DNA of 64,000 nucleotides from an uncultured Planctomycetota bacterium (GCA_963823665.1 CAWGMQ010000004.1:512001-576000), one strand, 5' to 3'; shown: positions 42,868 through 54,287, numbered from the stretch's first letter. The notes: generated from the letters alone by a model not told the origin. Numbers and translations are program-made.

Positions 42868-45750
42868 ATGACAACTGCGTACCACGCAAAGTATTTTGCC
42901 CACGATTTGACCCGCCGTTGTGCTTCCGACAGCGTGGAGAAGCTAACGGCTGTCTTGTCGGACGCACAGGTGGACCTGAATCCGCACCAGATCGAGGCGG
43001 CGCTGTTCGCCTTTCGTAATCCATTATCCCGAGGGGCGATCTTGGCCGACGAAGTCGGGCTCGGCAAGACAATCGAAGCCGGGTTGCTGATTGCCCAGAA
43101 CTGGGCTGAGCAGAAGCACCGAATTCTCGTAATTGCTCCCGCCAATCTGCGAAAACAATGGGGGCAGGAACTGGCCGACAAGTTCTTCCTGCCATCGGCT
43201 ATTCTGGAAAGCCGTACCTTCAACGAGTCCGTCCGTTCCGGCAACCTGAACCCGTTTCAGCGGGATGCCATCGTCATTTGTTCGTACCAGTTTGCCAAAA
43301 AGATGGAGCCATACATTCGCCAGACCCAATGGGATCTGGTCGTCATCGACGAAGCGCACCGGCTCCGCAACGTCTACAAGCCGACGAATAAGATCGCCAA
43401 CGCCATAAAACAGGCCGTCGCACCTTTTCGTAAAGTGCTGTTGACGGCCACACCGTTGCAGAATTCGTTGCTCGAACTCTACGGGTTGGTCAGCATTATT
43501 GACGAATTCGCCTTTGGCGACATGAAGACCTATCGTGCCCGGTTTACGCGACTGGGGAACGATGCCGACTTCACCGACCTGAAAGAACGGCTTCGGCCGA
43601 TCTGTAAGCGGACACTCCGCAAGCAGGTGTTGGAATATGTGAAATTCACGAACCGCCATGCCCTCGTGCAGGAATTCGTTCCAACGCCAGACGAACAACG
43701 GCTCTATGACCTGGTTTCGGAATACCTGCAACAGCCTACGCTTTACGCCTTGCCAGCGAGCCAGCGCTCGCTCATGACGCTCATCCTGCGAAAGCTGCTG
43801 GCGTCCTCCACCTATGCCATTTCCGACACTCTGAACGGCCTGGCCTTCAAACTCGAAATAGCCGCGAAGCAGGCCGAAGCGGTGGACGCACCGCCCGACG
43901 ACTTGGCCGAGAACCTTGAGGAATTCGACGATCTCACCGACGAGTGGGAACCGGATGAAGGGGAAGAGCCAGGGGATGACAAGCCGCAATTCACGCCGCA
44001 ACAGATTACCGAAATGCGTGAAGAGATGACTAAGCTCCGAGAGTTCCACGCCTTGGCAAAATCCATCGCCCGTAATTCCAAGGGTGAGGTTCTTTTGACG
44101 GCGCTCCGACGCGGATTCGCGGCCGCCGCCGAAGCACAACAGAGCACGAATGGAGCGACGCTTCAGCAGAAAGCCCTGATCTTCACAGAATCCCGCCGGA
44201 CCCAGGAATACCTTTTCGGCATCCTGGAGCAGACCGAGTTCGCTGGCAGTGTCATGCTCTTCAATGGCACGAACAGCGATGCAGGCTCAAAGGAAATCTA
44301 CCGTCGCTGGCTTGAAAAGAATGAAGGCACTGACCGCGTGTCCGGTTCACCGGGCGCGGACATGCGGGCTGCATTGGTCGAACACTTCCGCGATGAAGCG
44401 GCCATAATGATCGCGACGGAAGCGGCAGCCGAAGGCATCAACCTTCAGTTCTGCAACCTTGTCGTCAATTACGACCTGCCCTGGAACCCGCAACGCATCG
44501 AGCAACGGATCGGGCGATGCCACCGCTACGGACAGAAGTACGATGTGGTGGTCGTAAACTTCCTGAATAAGAACAACGCCGCTGATCAGCGAGTCTATCA
44601 ACTGCTCGATGAAAAGTTCCGCCTGTTCAACGGCGTTTTCGGAGCCAGCGACGAGGTTCTTGGCGCGGTTGAATCTGGCGTTGATTTCGAGAAGCGTATC
44701 GCGTCGATCTACCAGAAATGCCGGTCGACGCAGCAGATTCAGTTCGAGTTCGACCAGCTTCAACGCGACCTCGACACCGAGATCACCGCCGGCCAGCAGG
44801 ATGCCCGCGAAAAACTGCTCGACAATTTTGACCAGGAAGTAATCGAGAAGGTCCGAATCCAGAGCACCGGCCTGCTCGACAGGTTCAATGACCGTCTCTG
44901 GGTTCTGACCAAGCACTTGCTCGCATCCTTCGCCCAGTTCGACGAGCACCAGCACAGCTTCATCCTCACGAGCAATCCCTATCCGGGCGAGACGATTCAC
45001 CCCGGACCGTACCGGCTCGGCAAAAAGGTCGAGGATGCCAACACATACCGTGTCGGCCATCCTTTGGCCCAACGTGTCCTTGCCCACGCAAAGGCCCTGG
45101 CGCTTTCGCTGGCCGACGTTACCTTCGACTATTCGTCCAGCGGAAAGAACATCTCCGTCCTCGCGTCGCTCGTCGGGAATGGCGGCTGGCTCACCTGCTC
45201 GCGACTCTCCATTAGTTCGCTGGAAACTGAGGAGAACCTGATCTTTGCTGGCGTCACCGATAGCGGCGATCGGCTGGACGAGGGCCAGTGCCGTCGCTTG
45301 TTCGACTTGCCGGGCAAGACCGGCGGTTCTGTGACGATCGTCGGTGAAGCTCGATCAGCCTTGGCGGATGCTACCTCTCACCGGCAGAACGAATTGCTGG
45401 CTGCTCTTGCCGCCAAGAACGGTCAATGGTTCGACACGGAGATGGATAAGCTCGACCGCTGGGCAGAGGATCGCCGCGCCGCCCTGAAAGCAGAATTGGA
45501 AGAACTGGACGAAAGCATCAAAGCGACGAAGAAGTCCGCCCGTATGGCTCCCAACCTACCGGAAAAACTGGAACTCCAGCGAAAGCTCCGCGGGCTGGAG
45601 ACGAAACGCGATGAAGCATGGCGGGCCTACGATGCCGCGAGCCGGGACGTGGACCGCCAGAAAGACACCTTACTGGATGAAATCAGCCGCCGTCTTCAGC
45701 AACAAACAGCTCGCGACGCCCTGTTCACACTGCACTGGCGCGTCGTATGA
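42868..45750 (+). CDS. SNF2-family helicase associated with type III RM (DrmD/RapA-like)
   Basis: LADEVGLGKT, IDEAH, LTATP, EGINLQ, YDLPWNP.RIEQRIGR.HRYGQ; C-terminal coiled coil. Confidence 0.92.
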   Translation: MTTAYHAKYFAHDLTRRCASDSVEKLTAVLSDAQVDLNPHQIEAALFAFRNPLSRGAILADEVGLGKTIEAGLLIAQNWAEQKHRILVIAPANLRKQWGQELADKFFLPSAILESRTFNESVRSGNLNPFQRDAIVICSYQFAKKMEPYIRQTQWDLVVIDEAHRLRNVYKPTNKIANAIKQAVAPFRKVLLTATPLQNSLLELYGLVSIIDEFAFGDMKTYRARFTRLGNDADFTDLKERLRPICKRTLRKQVLEYVKFTNRHALVQEFVPTPDEQRLYDLVSEYLQQPTLYALPASQRSLMTLILRKLLASSTYAISDTLNGLAFKLEIAAKQAEAVDAPPDDLAENLEEFDDLTDEWEPDEGEEPGDDKPQFTPQQITEMREEMTKLREFHALAKSIARNSKGEVLLTALRRGFAAAAEAQQSTNGATLQQKALIFTESRRTQEYLFGILEQTEFAGSVMLFNGTNSDAGSKEIYRRWLEKNEGTDRVSGSPGADMRAALVEHFRDEAAIMIATEAAAEGINLQFCNLVVNYDLPWNPQRIEQRIGRCHRYGQKYDVVVVNFLNKNNAADQRVYQLLDEKFRLFNGVFGASDEVLGAVESGVDFEKRIASIYQKCRSTQQIQFEFDQLQRDLDTEITAGQQDAREKLLDNFDQEVIEKVRIQSTGLLDRFNDRLWVLTKHLLASFAQFDEHQHSFILTSNPYPGETIHPGPYRLGKKVEDANTYRVGHPLAQRVLAHAKALALSLADVTFDYSSSGKNISVLASLVGNGGWLTCSRLSISSLETEENLIFAGVTDSGDRLDEGQCRRLFDLPGKTGGSVTIVGEARSALADATSHRQNELLAALAAKNGQWFDTEMDKLDRWAEDRRAALKAELEELDESIKATKKSARMAPNLPEKLELQRKLRGLETKRDEAWRAYDAASRDVDRQKDTLLDEISRRLQQQTARDALFTLHWRVV

Positions 45751-45783
45751 GCAATACCCCAAAAACACTAAGGCCCGCAAGAA

Positions 45784-47709
45784 ATGACCAGACCAGAAGT
45801 ACTGGACCTGCGTTCCCAAGACATCGCCGAGGACAAGCGGCAGGAACTCCTGTGCCTTTTCCCGGAGATCCGCACCGAAGGAGGCAAGGTAGATTTCGAT
45901 CGGCTGAAGGTCGTCCTGGGCGAGTCCGTGGATGTCGGCAAGGAACGCTACGGGATGAATTGGCCAGGAAAAGCCGACTGCTTCAAGACAATCCAGGCCC
46001 CGAGCTTGGGGACGCTGCGCCCATGCCCGGAAGAGAGCGTCAACTTCGACACTACCGAGAACCTGATCATCGAGGGAGACAATCTCGAGGTACTGAAGCT
46101 CATGCAGAAGTCGTATCTGGGTAAGGTCAAAATGATCTACATCGACCCGCCGTACAACACCGGCAATGACTTTATCTACCCGGATAACTACACCGAGAGC
46201 CTGCAAACCTACCTAGAATACACGGGCCAGGTCGATGCCGAAGGACGGAAATTCGGCACCAACACCGAGTCGGACGGACGATTCCACTCCAAGTGGATGA
46301 ACATGATGTATCCGCGTCTCTACCTCGCAAGGAATCTCCTGAGAGAAGACGGCGTCATCTTCATCAGCATTGATGATACGGAACTTGAAAACCTCCGACG
46401 CCTCTGCATCGACATTTTCGGTGAGGAGAACTTCATCTGCCAGATTTGCGTCGTCAGCAATCCACGCGGACGGCAATCCGAGGTGATCGCAACTACGCAC
46501 GAATACCTGCTTACATTCGCTCGCAATTCGGTAGCTTGCAGCCTTCGAGGACAGCCGCTTGATGAACGGCAGCTATCCGAATACAAGTTCACCGCGCCAA
46601 ACGGCAAGAGGTATCGCACCAGAGGGCTTCGGCACAGAGGAAATGCATCGCGGCGAGTGGATCGGCCGAAAATGTTCTTTCCGATTTACGTTGACCCTAA
46701 AACGAAGGCGGTGTCGTTACAACAGTCGGAAACGTTTGCAATCGAGGTATTGCCCCGAAAGTCCACTGGAGAGGATGGCCGATGGGAATGGGGACCGGAG
46801 ACTGTGGCAGGTCGGCTTGACCGACTTGAAGGTGTACTAATTTCAGGACGTGGCGAATGGGATGTTTTCCAGCGGGAATTCTTGGAGAATTCAGAGGGCA
46901 ACTCGCGAAACACGAAATGGAAATCGGTTTGGGACGAAACTGAAATCAATTACCAGAACGGCAAGACAGAGCTAAAAGACTTGTTCGGAGACAGTCCATT
47001 TGAGTATCCGAAGCCGACCTACCTGCTTCGGAAAATCGTTGAAGGAACCACCAGTGAGCACGACATTGTTCTCGACTTCTTCGCGGGATCGGGCACGACT
47101 GCTCAGGCCGTCCTCGAACAGAATGAAAAGGATGACGGTAATCGCAGCTTCATTCTGGTTCAACTTCCTGAACCGGTGAATCGTGACGGCTATGCGACGG
47201 TTGCTACCATTACCACAGAACGAGTGCGGCGCGTCATCAAGAAGCTGGGTGCCGATAACGCTGGGACACTCGCGTTGGGTCATGTCGAACAGGACCGTGG
47301 TTTCCGTGTTTTTAAGCTTTCCGAGTCCAACTTCATGACATGGGACGCTCAAGTCGCCCACGACCCGAAAGCACTAGAACAGCAACTCGCATTCCACATT
47401 GAGCACATCCGAGAAGATCGCACAGCGGAGGACATTCTTTACGAGCTGCTTCTAAAGAGCGGCTTCCCGCTCACGACGACGGTCGAGAAGCAGACGCTCG
47501 CCCAAAAGAATGTCTTCATCGTGGCTGGGGGTGCGCTCTTAATTACCCTGGAACGCGAATTGACGTTGGAACTGATTCGGGCTATTGCTGAGCGGAAACC
47601 GGAGCGAGTTGTTTGCCTTGATGAAGGTTTTGCCGGAAACGACCAACTGAAGGCCAATGCCGTGCAGACGTTCAAGTCCAAGGGCGTCATCAGCTTCAAG
47701 ACGGTGTAG
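45784..47709 (+). CDS. mod: Type III RM methyltransferase Mod, copy 1
   Basis: IEGDNLEVLK, YIDPPYNTG, HSKW..MMYPRL, LDFFAGSGTT. Confidence 0.95.
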   Translation: MTRPEVLDLRSQDIAEDKRQELLCLFPEIRTEGGKVDFDRLKVVLGESVDVGKERYGMNWPGKADCFKTIQAPSLGTLRPCPEESVNFDTTENLIIEGDNLEVLKLMQKSYLGKVKMIYIDPPYNTGNDFIYPDNYTESLQTYLEYTGQVDAEGRKFGTNTESDGRFHSKWMNMMYPRLYLARNLLREDGVIFISIDDTELENLRRLCIDIFGEENFICQICVVSNPRGRQSEVIATTHEYLLTFARNSVACSLRGQPLDERQLSEYKFTAPNGKRYRTRGLRHRGNASRRVDRPKMFFPIYVDPKTKAVSLQQSETFAIEVLPRKSTGEDGRWEWGPETVAGRLDRLEGVLISGRGEWDVFQREFLENSEGNSRNTKWKSVWDETEINYQNGKTELKDLFGDSPFEYPKPTYLLRKIVEGTTSEHDIVLDFFAGSGTTAQAVLEQNEKDDGNRSFILVQLPEPVNRDGYATVATITTERVRRVIKKLGADNAGTLALGHVEQDRGFRVFKLSESNFMTWDAQVAHDPKALEQQLAFHIEHIREDRTAEDILYELLLKSGFPLTTTVEKQTLAQKNVFIVAGGALLITLERELTLELIRAIAERKPERVVCLDEGFAGNDQLKANAVQTFKSKGVISFKTV

Positions 47710-47720
47710 GAAGATCTGCT

Positions 47721-50699
47721 ATGAAACTGCAATTTGACGCCAACCAAACATACCAGCTTGACGCAATCGCGGCCGTCACCGACCTCTTCGACGGCCAGCC
47801 GCAGGGTGCCTCCGAGTACACGCCGATCGACCTCGGCGAATGGGGAGACCTGTTCGCCGGCCAGTCCCGCACCGAACTCGGCGTCGGCAACAGCCTGCTC
47901 TTAGCCCCGGAGAAGCTCCGCGACAATGCCAGGACCGTTCAGACCCGCAACGATATTGACACGCCCAATCCGGCAGCGACGCTCGAAACCTGGGAAATCT
48001 TCGACGCGGCGGCGAATCTTCCCCGCCAGTGCCCTCACTTCTCCGTCGAAATGGAGACGGGGACAGGTAAGACCTACGTCTATTTACGGACGATCTTCGA
48101 GCTATCGCGCCGCTACGGCTTCCAGAAATACATCATCGTCGTGCCGAGCGTGGCCATTCGAGAAGGCGTCCTTAAGAACATCGAGATCACCGCCGAGCAC
48201 TTCCGGGCACTCTACAACAACCTGCCGTTCGAGCACTTCGTTTACGATGCCAAAAAGGTCAACCGCCTGCGCCAGTTCGCCATAAGCAATACGCTGCAAA
48301 TCCTAGTCATCAACATCGACGCCTTCCGCAAGAACTTCACTGGTACCGAGGCCGAGCAGAAGAGCAATGTCATCTACAAGGAAAGCGACAAACTCTCAGG
48401 CCGCCAGCCCATCGAATTCGTACAGGCGGCCCGACCTATTGTCATCATCGACGAACCACAAAGCGTCGATTCGACGGATCGGGCACAGGAAGCAATCCGG
48501 GCCTTGAACCCGCTCTGTACGCTCCGTTACTCCGCTACCCACCGGAATCCCTATAACCTGGTCTATCGGCTCGACCCCGTCCGGGCATTTGAGTTACGGC
48601 TGGTTAAGCAAATAGTCGTCGCCAGTGCGACGCCGGACGGCGGAGCCAACGACGCATTCGTCCGCATCGAGCAGATCAACTACCAGCCAAGAATCCAGGC
48701 CAAGATTCGCATTCACGTCCAAACTGTCGATGGGCCGAAGGAAAAGTCGGTGGCGGTCAGGAACGGTGCGGACCTTTTCTCGGTGTCCAACGAACGTTTC
48801 TGCTACCGGGACGGCTTTGAGGTTGCCGAAATCAACGCCGAACCGGGAAGTGAGTACATCCGCTTCACCAATGGCCGCGTGATGCGGCTTGGCGAAGAAG
48901 TCGGCGGGATGCGCGACGATGTCTGGCGGACGCAGATCAAGCACACCGTCAAAAAGCACCTAGAGAAGGAGATTCAGCTTCGTGGACGCGGCGTCAAGGT
49001 CTTGAGCCTGTTCTTCATCGACCGGGTGGCCAATTACCGCGATTACGATGAAGCCGGCCGCCCCGTGAAGGGGAAATTTGCGGACGCCTTCGAAGAGATA
49101 CTGACTGAGTTCGCCAAGGATGCCCGTTACAAGAATTTTCCTTGGATCAAACTCCCGATCGAGCAACTTCACAACGGCTACTTTGCTCAGGATAAGAAAG
49201 GCGTCTTCAAGGACACGCGGGGTGACACCCAGGCCGATGATGAGGTTTATAACCTTATCATGAAGGATAAGGAACAGCTACTATCCGAAGAGGAACCGCT
49301 GAGGTTCATTTTCAGCCATTCAGCCCTTCGTGAAGGCTGGGACAACCCGAACGTCTTCCAGATTTGCACGCTGAACGAAACCCGCAGCGCTATGAAAAAA
49401 CGGCAGGAAATTGGCCGGGGCCTGCGCCTGCCGGTGAACCAGAATGGGCAACGCGTCTTCGACGAGTCAATTAACAAACTATTCGTCATGGCGAACGAGA
49501 CCTACGAGGATTTCGCGAAGGCCCTTCAGACCGAATATGAGGAGGATTGCGGGGTCAGTTTCGGCAAGGTGCCTATAACCGCCCTGGCGAAACTCACGCA
49601 CGTCGTAGACGGCGAGCAGAAGCCTATCGGCAGAGAAGCGGCGGAAGTCATCAAATCCACGCTCGTCGAGCAAAAGATGCTCGATACCGAGGGACGACTC
49701 CAGCCGTCCTTCGACCCCAGAAGGCCCGACTTTAAGATCGAACTGCCCGAGCCGCACCGGGAGATGATGCCGGCTGTCGTGGATCTGTTAGCCTCCTACC
49801 AGATTGAGCGGCACATCCGCAAAGAAAAGGATGAGGGGATCAACCGGCTGAAAAAAGAAGTGGCGCTCAGCCCCGAGTTCCATGCACTGTGGGACAAAAT
49901 TAAGCCGAAGACGACCTACCGGGTCGAGTTCGAGACCGACGAGCTAGTCCGCCGAGCCGTGACCACCATCAAGAAAATGGAAAAAATCGAGGCCCCAAAG
50001 GTCCGCGTTAGCGCTGGCCAATTGGGCGTCGTCCGGGGCGGCATTACGACGGCAGCCGTTAGCGTGGCCGAGGAACAGGTTTCCCACCAGAATCGTGCTG
50101 TCCCCGACGTTCTTGGTTACCTGCAAAATGAGACCGAGCTGACCCGTTCGACACTCGTGCGGATTCTGAAACAGTCTGGCCGTCTTGCCGAGTTCTTCCC
50201 CGACCCTCAACGGTTTATGGACGCCGTGGCGAATATCCTAAAGCATGAGCTCCATCGGCTGCTTGTGGATGGCATCAAGTACGAGAAGATCGGCGGCGGC
50301 GGCTCGGATGCCGAGTGGGAGATGCTTTTGTTCAAAAACGAAGAACTCATCAACTATCTCAACGCCTTGTCTGTCAACCATTCGGTCTACGAGTACGTCG
50401 TTTACGATTCCGAGGTCGAACGGGAGTTTGCCAGGCAGTTGGACACCCGGACCGACATAAAGCTCTTCGTCAAACTCCCTGGCTGGTTCGAGATCGACAC
50501 CCCGGTCGGCAAATACAACCCCGACTGGGCCGTCGTCAAGCACGATGACCAAACGCTCTATCTGGTCCGTGAGACGAAGAGTACGAAAGACTTCCTGAAA
50601 CTGCGCACGAGCGAAGCGGACAAAGTCCGTTGCGGCCAGAAACACTTCGAGACACTGGGCGTTCCGTTCTCGGTTGTGGTCTCAGCAGATGAGGTTTAG
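47721..50699 (+). CDS. res: Type III RM restriction subunit Res
   Basis: EMETGTGKT, IIDEPQ, YSATH, LREGWDNPNVFQIC, QEIGRGLRL, YNPDWA...ETK. Confidence 0.95.
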   Translation: MKLQFDANQTYQLDAIAAVTDLFDGQPQGASEYTPIDLGEWGDLFAGQSRTELGVGNSLLLAPEKLRDNARTVQTRNDIDTPNPAATLETWEIFDAAANLPRQCPHFSVEMETGTGKTYVYLRTIFELSRRYGFQKYIIVVPSVAIREGVLKNIEITAEHFRALYNNLPFEHFVYDAKKVNRLRQFAISNTLQILVINIDAFRKNFTGTEAEQKSNVIYKESDKLSGRQPIEFVQAARPIVIIDEPQSVDSTDRAQEAIRALNPLCTLRYSATHRNPYNLVYRLDPVRAFELRLVKQIVVASATPDGGANDAFVRIEQINYQPRIQAKIRIHVQTVDGPKEKSVAVRNGADLFSVSNERFCYRDGFEVAEINAEPGSEYIRFTNGRVMRLGEEVGGMRDDVWRTQIKHTVKKHLEKEIQLRGRGVKVLSLFFIDRVANYRDYDEAGRPVKGKFADAFEEILTEFAKDARYKNFPWIKLPIEQLHNGYFAQDKKGVFKDTRGDTQADDEVYNLIMKDKEQLLSEEEPLRFIFSHSALREGWDNPNVFQICTLNETRSAMKKRQEIGRGLRLPVNQNGQRVFDESINKLFVMANETYEDFAKALQTEYEEDCGVSFGKVPITALAKLTHVVDGEQKPIGREAAEVIKSTLVEQKMLDTEGRLQPSFDPRRPDFKIELPEPHREMMPAVVDLLASYQIERHIRKEKDEGINRLKKEVALSPEFHALWDKIKPKTTYRVEFETDELVRRAVTTIKKMEKIEAPKVRVSAGQLGVVRGGITTAAVSVAEEQVSHQNRAVPDVLGYLQNETELTRSTLVRILKQSGRLAEFFPDPQRFMDAVANILKHELHRLLVDGIKYEKIGGGGSDAEWEMLLFKNEELINYLNALSVNHSVYEYVVYDSEVEREFARQLDTRTDIKLFVKLPGWFEIDTPVGKYNPDWAVVKHDDQTLYLVRETKSTKDFLKLRTSEADKVRCGQKHFETLGVPFSVVVSADEV

Positions 50700-50919
50700 C
50701 TGAACCGCAGTTGACCACCTCGGCCTGACATCCCCCGTGGGCCATGCGTAGCCCTACATAAACGTCTCCATCTGTAAAGAGATTCTGGCCTACTCGCATC
50801 TCCCTTCCCGTTTGCGTCTCGGTATATATCTGCACGTTGTTATGTCAGCGCCTCTTTTTTTGCTTGCCATTCCCTGGCTCCTAGGGAATGTTGGCAAACG
50901 AAAAGGGTGGTACTGGTGG

Positions 50920-52819
50920 ATGACGAAAACTGAGGAGCGTTTCGAGCTTCGATCTCATGTAGCGACTAAAGATAAACGGCAGACGCTTCTGTCCTTATTC
51001 CCAGAAGCTGCGCACCGAGAACGGCACGATTGACTTCGATCGCTTAAAGCTCGCGCTCGGGGAGACAGTTGATGTCGGCAAAGAACGCTACGGAATGAAC
51101 TGGCCGGGCAAGGCGGATTGCTTCAAGACGATTCAGCGGCCCAGCTTCGGAACTTTGCGGCCCTGCCCTGAGGATAGCGTTAGTTTTAACACGTCCGAGA
51201 ACCTGATCATCGAGGGAGACAACCTCGAAGTCCTCAAGCTCTTGCAGAAGTCGTACCTGGGCAAGGTAAAGATGATCTACATCGACCCTCCCTACAACAC
51301 CGGCAATGACTTCATCTATCCGGACAACTACGCGGAGTCGCTTCAGACCTATCTTGAGTACACGGGCCAACTCGATGCCGAGGGGCGCAAATTTGGCACG
51401 AACACCGAGGCCGACGGTCGCTTTCATTCGAAGTGGCTGAACATGATTTATCCAAGGCTCTATTTGGCTCGCAATCTCTTAACCGATGACGGCGTTATCT
51501 TTATCAGCATTGATGATCATGAGGTAACCCGTCTAAAAATGGTATGTGATGAGTTGTTCGGAGAGGAAAATTTTATTGATACAATAATATGGAAAAAGAG
51601 ATACCAAGGAGCGAAAGAAAAATTCCTAGCATCGATTCATGAATATATCCTGTTTTATGCTAAGAACATTGAAGCAGTTCCTCCAATTTTTATTCCAAGC
51701 GATCCAGACTACATTGACAAATATTATAAGTACAAGGATGCCAAATATCATGAAAGAGGTGCATATAGGACTCAGCCCCTTGAGGCGGGAAGAACAATGG
51801 ATGCAAGAAAGAATTTGATATATCCGATCCCTGCACCAGATGGCACTGAGATCCTGCCAAAAAGACAATGGGTGTGGGGTAAAGACCGAGTCTTTGAGGC
51901 GCTCAACAAAGGTGAATTAGAGTACAATAAATCAAGGGACGGGCAGTGGACTGTTGGATTTAAACAATATCTGAAAGACGAAGAGGGTAATACACGAGAG
52001 ACAAAAGCGTTTTCTATTATTGACGACATATACACGCAACATGGAACCGCTGAAGTAGCAGACTTAATGGGTTCTCAACAGATTTTCTCGTTTCCCAAGC
52101 CAACTCAATTAATTCAACGGCTAATGCAAATGGGCTTAGACAAAGAGTCTGAAATCATACTAGATTTTTTTGCAGGATCGGCAACAACCGCACACTCTGT
52201 AATGAATTTCAATCTGGAACACAAAACAAGCCACAAATATATACTGGTACAATTACCAGAACGACTTACCGAGAACTCAGAGGCTTTTAAGTGTGGTTTT
52301 ACCACTATCTCTGAGATAGCAAAAGAACGTATACGGCGCACGGCAAAAAAGATAGTGGAAGAAAACGATGAGCAACTAGATCTGATCGCTCAAGGCAAAC
52401 CAGATTTTGGATTTAAGGTTTTCAAGCTTGCTGAGTCGAACGTAACGACATGGGATGCCCAGGTCGCCCACGACCCGACAGCCCTGGAGAAGCAACTTGA
52501 ATTCCATGTTGACCATATCCGCGTGGGCAGGACGCCCGAAGACATCCTGTACGAGTTGTTGCTAAAGAGCGGTTTTCCGCTGACAACATTGGTCGAGAAG
52601 CAGATACTCGCCGGCAAGACGGTTTACAGCGTCGCCGATGGGGCGCTCATGATTTGCCTGGAACGAGAATTGAGTCTGGAATTGATCCGGGCAATCGCCG
52701 AGCGGAAACCAGAGCGGGTTATCTGCCTTGATGAGGGGTTTGCCGGCAACGACCAACTGAAAGCCAACGCCGTCCAGACGTTCAAGACCAAAGGTGTGAC
52801 AAGTTTCAAGACCGTCTGA
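50920..52819 (+). CDS. mod: Type III RM methyltransferase Mod, copy 2, different TRD; +1 frameshift near 51007
   Basis: Same DPPY and FAGS motifs; N- and C-termini closely match copy 1; AT-rich unrelated centre. MTKTEERFELRS..LLSLFPE joins RTENGTIDFDRLK if one base is removed. Confidence 0.9.
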
Positions 52820-52875
52820 CGGGTCATGCGTAACACCAGCTTGCAGGCACCGACCCCCCGCTTGACCCCTGCCCC

Positions 52876-52915
52876 GAATTGGAGAAACATAAAGGCCGTT
52901 ATGTTTCCCCAATTC
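52876..52915. promoter_or_regulatory. dif/lox-like tyrosine recombinase site
   Basis: GAATTGGAGAAACATAA-aggccg-TTATGTTTCCCCAATTC: 17-bp arms (16/17 match), 6-bp spacer, 70 bp upstream of the recombinase gene. Confidence 0.75.
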
Positions 52916-52985
52916 CATTGACCGCTCCCATGCCGTCGTGTAGGCTCCGATCATCCGTTCGCACGTACGACGAGGGAGCCGACGC

Positions 52986-54029
52986 ATGCCTAACGAACTC
53001 TCCACCATCACCCCGGCCGGTGACCTATCCACCGGTCGCACCGGCTTCATCCTGCCTGCCGCGATCGCCGACCAGGGCGACAAGGCCGCCGAGCGATTCT
53101 TCACTTTCTTCACCGACACCATTCCGAACGCCAACACGCGCGCCGCTTACTACCGCAACGCCATGCGGTTCTTCGCCTGGACGGAGAAAAAGCGACTGAG
53201 CCTGCCCGCGATCAAGAGCTATCACGTCTCCGCCTACCTGGCCGAACTCACGCTGACCGGCAAGCCGCAACCGGCCAGCACGCCCACGGTCAAGCAGCAC
53301 CTGGCCAGCTTACGGATGCTGTTCGACTGGCTAATTATCGGCCAGATCATCGACGCCAACCCCGCCGCCGCCGTGCGGGCCGCCAAGCACGTCGTCAAGA
53401 AGGGCAAGACGCCCGTGCTCAAAGCCGACCAGGCCCGCGAATTGCTCGACAGCATCCCGCTCAAGATCGGTCCGGAGCCGAAAGAAGGAGAGGAAGACAA
53501 CCGATCGCCGAGCCTGATCGGCCTCCGCGACCGGGCACTGATCGCCGTAATGGTGTTCAGCTTTGCCCGCATCACTGCCGCCCTCGGCATGAAGATCGAG
53601 GACTATTACACCGAAGGCAGGCGGGCCTGGTTCCGCCTGCACGAGAAAGGCGGTAAGCGACACGAAGTGCCCGCCCACCACAACGCCGAGGATTATCTGG
53701 ATGCGTATATCGCGGCGGCAGGCATCGCCGCCGAGCGGAAAACCCCCCTCTTCCGCTCCATCGACCGGCATCGCACGCTGACGGCCAGGCCGATGTCACG
53801 GATCGACGCCTGGAAGATGATCAAGCGCCGTGCCCAGGCTATCGGCCTGCCGGAAGACATCTGCAATCACACCTTCCGGGCAACCGGCATCACAGCCTAC
53901 CTAGAGAACGGCGGCACTATCGAGCACGCTCAGCAGATCGCCAACCACGAAAGCCCAAAGACAACCAAACTCTATGACCGCACCAGCGATCAGATTACGC
54001 TAGACGAAGTAGAACGCATTCTCATATAA
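52986..54029 (+). CDS. Tyrosine recombinase, plasmid resolvase / XerD-like
   Basis: NTRAAY, RDRALI..M..SFARI, EKGGK, NHTFRATGIT, ANH.S..TT.LYDR. Confidence 0.93.
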   Translation: MPNELSTITPAGDLSTGRTGFILPAAIADQGDKAAERFFTFFTDTIPNANTRAAYYRNAMRFFAWTEKKRLSLPAIKSYHVSAYLAELTLTGKPQPASTPTVKQHLASLRMLFDWLIIGQIIDANPAAAVRAAKHVVKKGKTPVLKADQARELLDSIPLKIGPEPKEGEEDNRSPSLIGLRDRALIAVMVFSFARITAALGMKIEDYYTEGRRAWFRLHEKGGKRHEVPAHHNAEDYLDAYIAAAGIAAERKTPLFRSIDRHRTLTARPMSRIDAWKMIKRRAQAIGLPEDICNHTFRATGITAYLENGGTIEHAQQIANHESPKTTKLYDRTSDQITLDEVERILI

Positions 54030-54077
54030 TGTTATTATTTATGACTCGGTTCGCATACCAAGTCCTTCGCTACCTTT

Positions 54078-54287
54078 TTGTCAGAACTGCCGATAACTGT
54101 GGATGAGGAGTCCCGAAGCTACGCCTTCACCGACACGATGCACCTGGCCCGCTCGCAACAGCTTTCCGCATACTATGTCGTTTACTTGGAGCTAGCGATG
54201 AGAAGGAACTTGCGGCTTGCGACCCTTGATCAGGGATTACGAGTGGCTGCAAAGCCATTAGGCGTAGCACTTTACGGCGTCCAGTAG
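54078..54287 (+). pseudogene. C-terminal half of a VapC/PIN toxin
   Basis: LSAY...YLELA.R..L.LATLD..L..AA...GV; the N-terminal half and an antitoxin are absent. Confidence 0.7.

Noticed and set aside
42868..45750. DISARM or BREX system
   Set aside because: No drmA/B/C or pglZ/brxC-like genes; the neighbours are type III mod and res.
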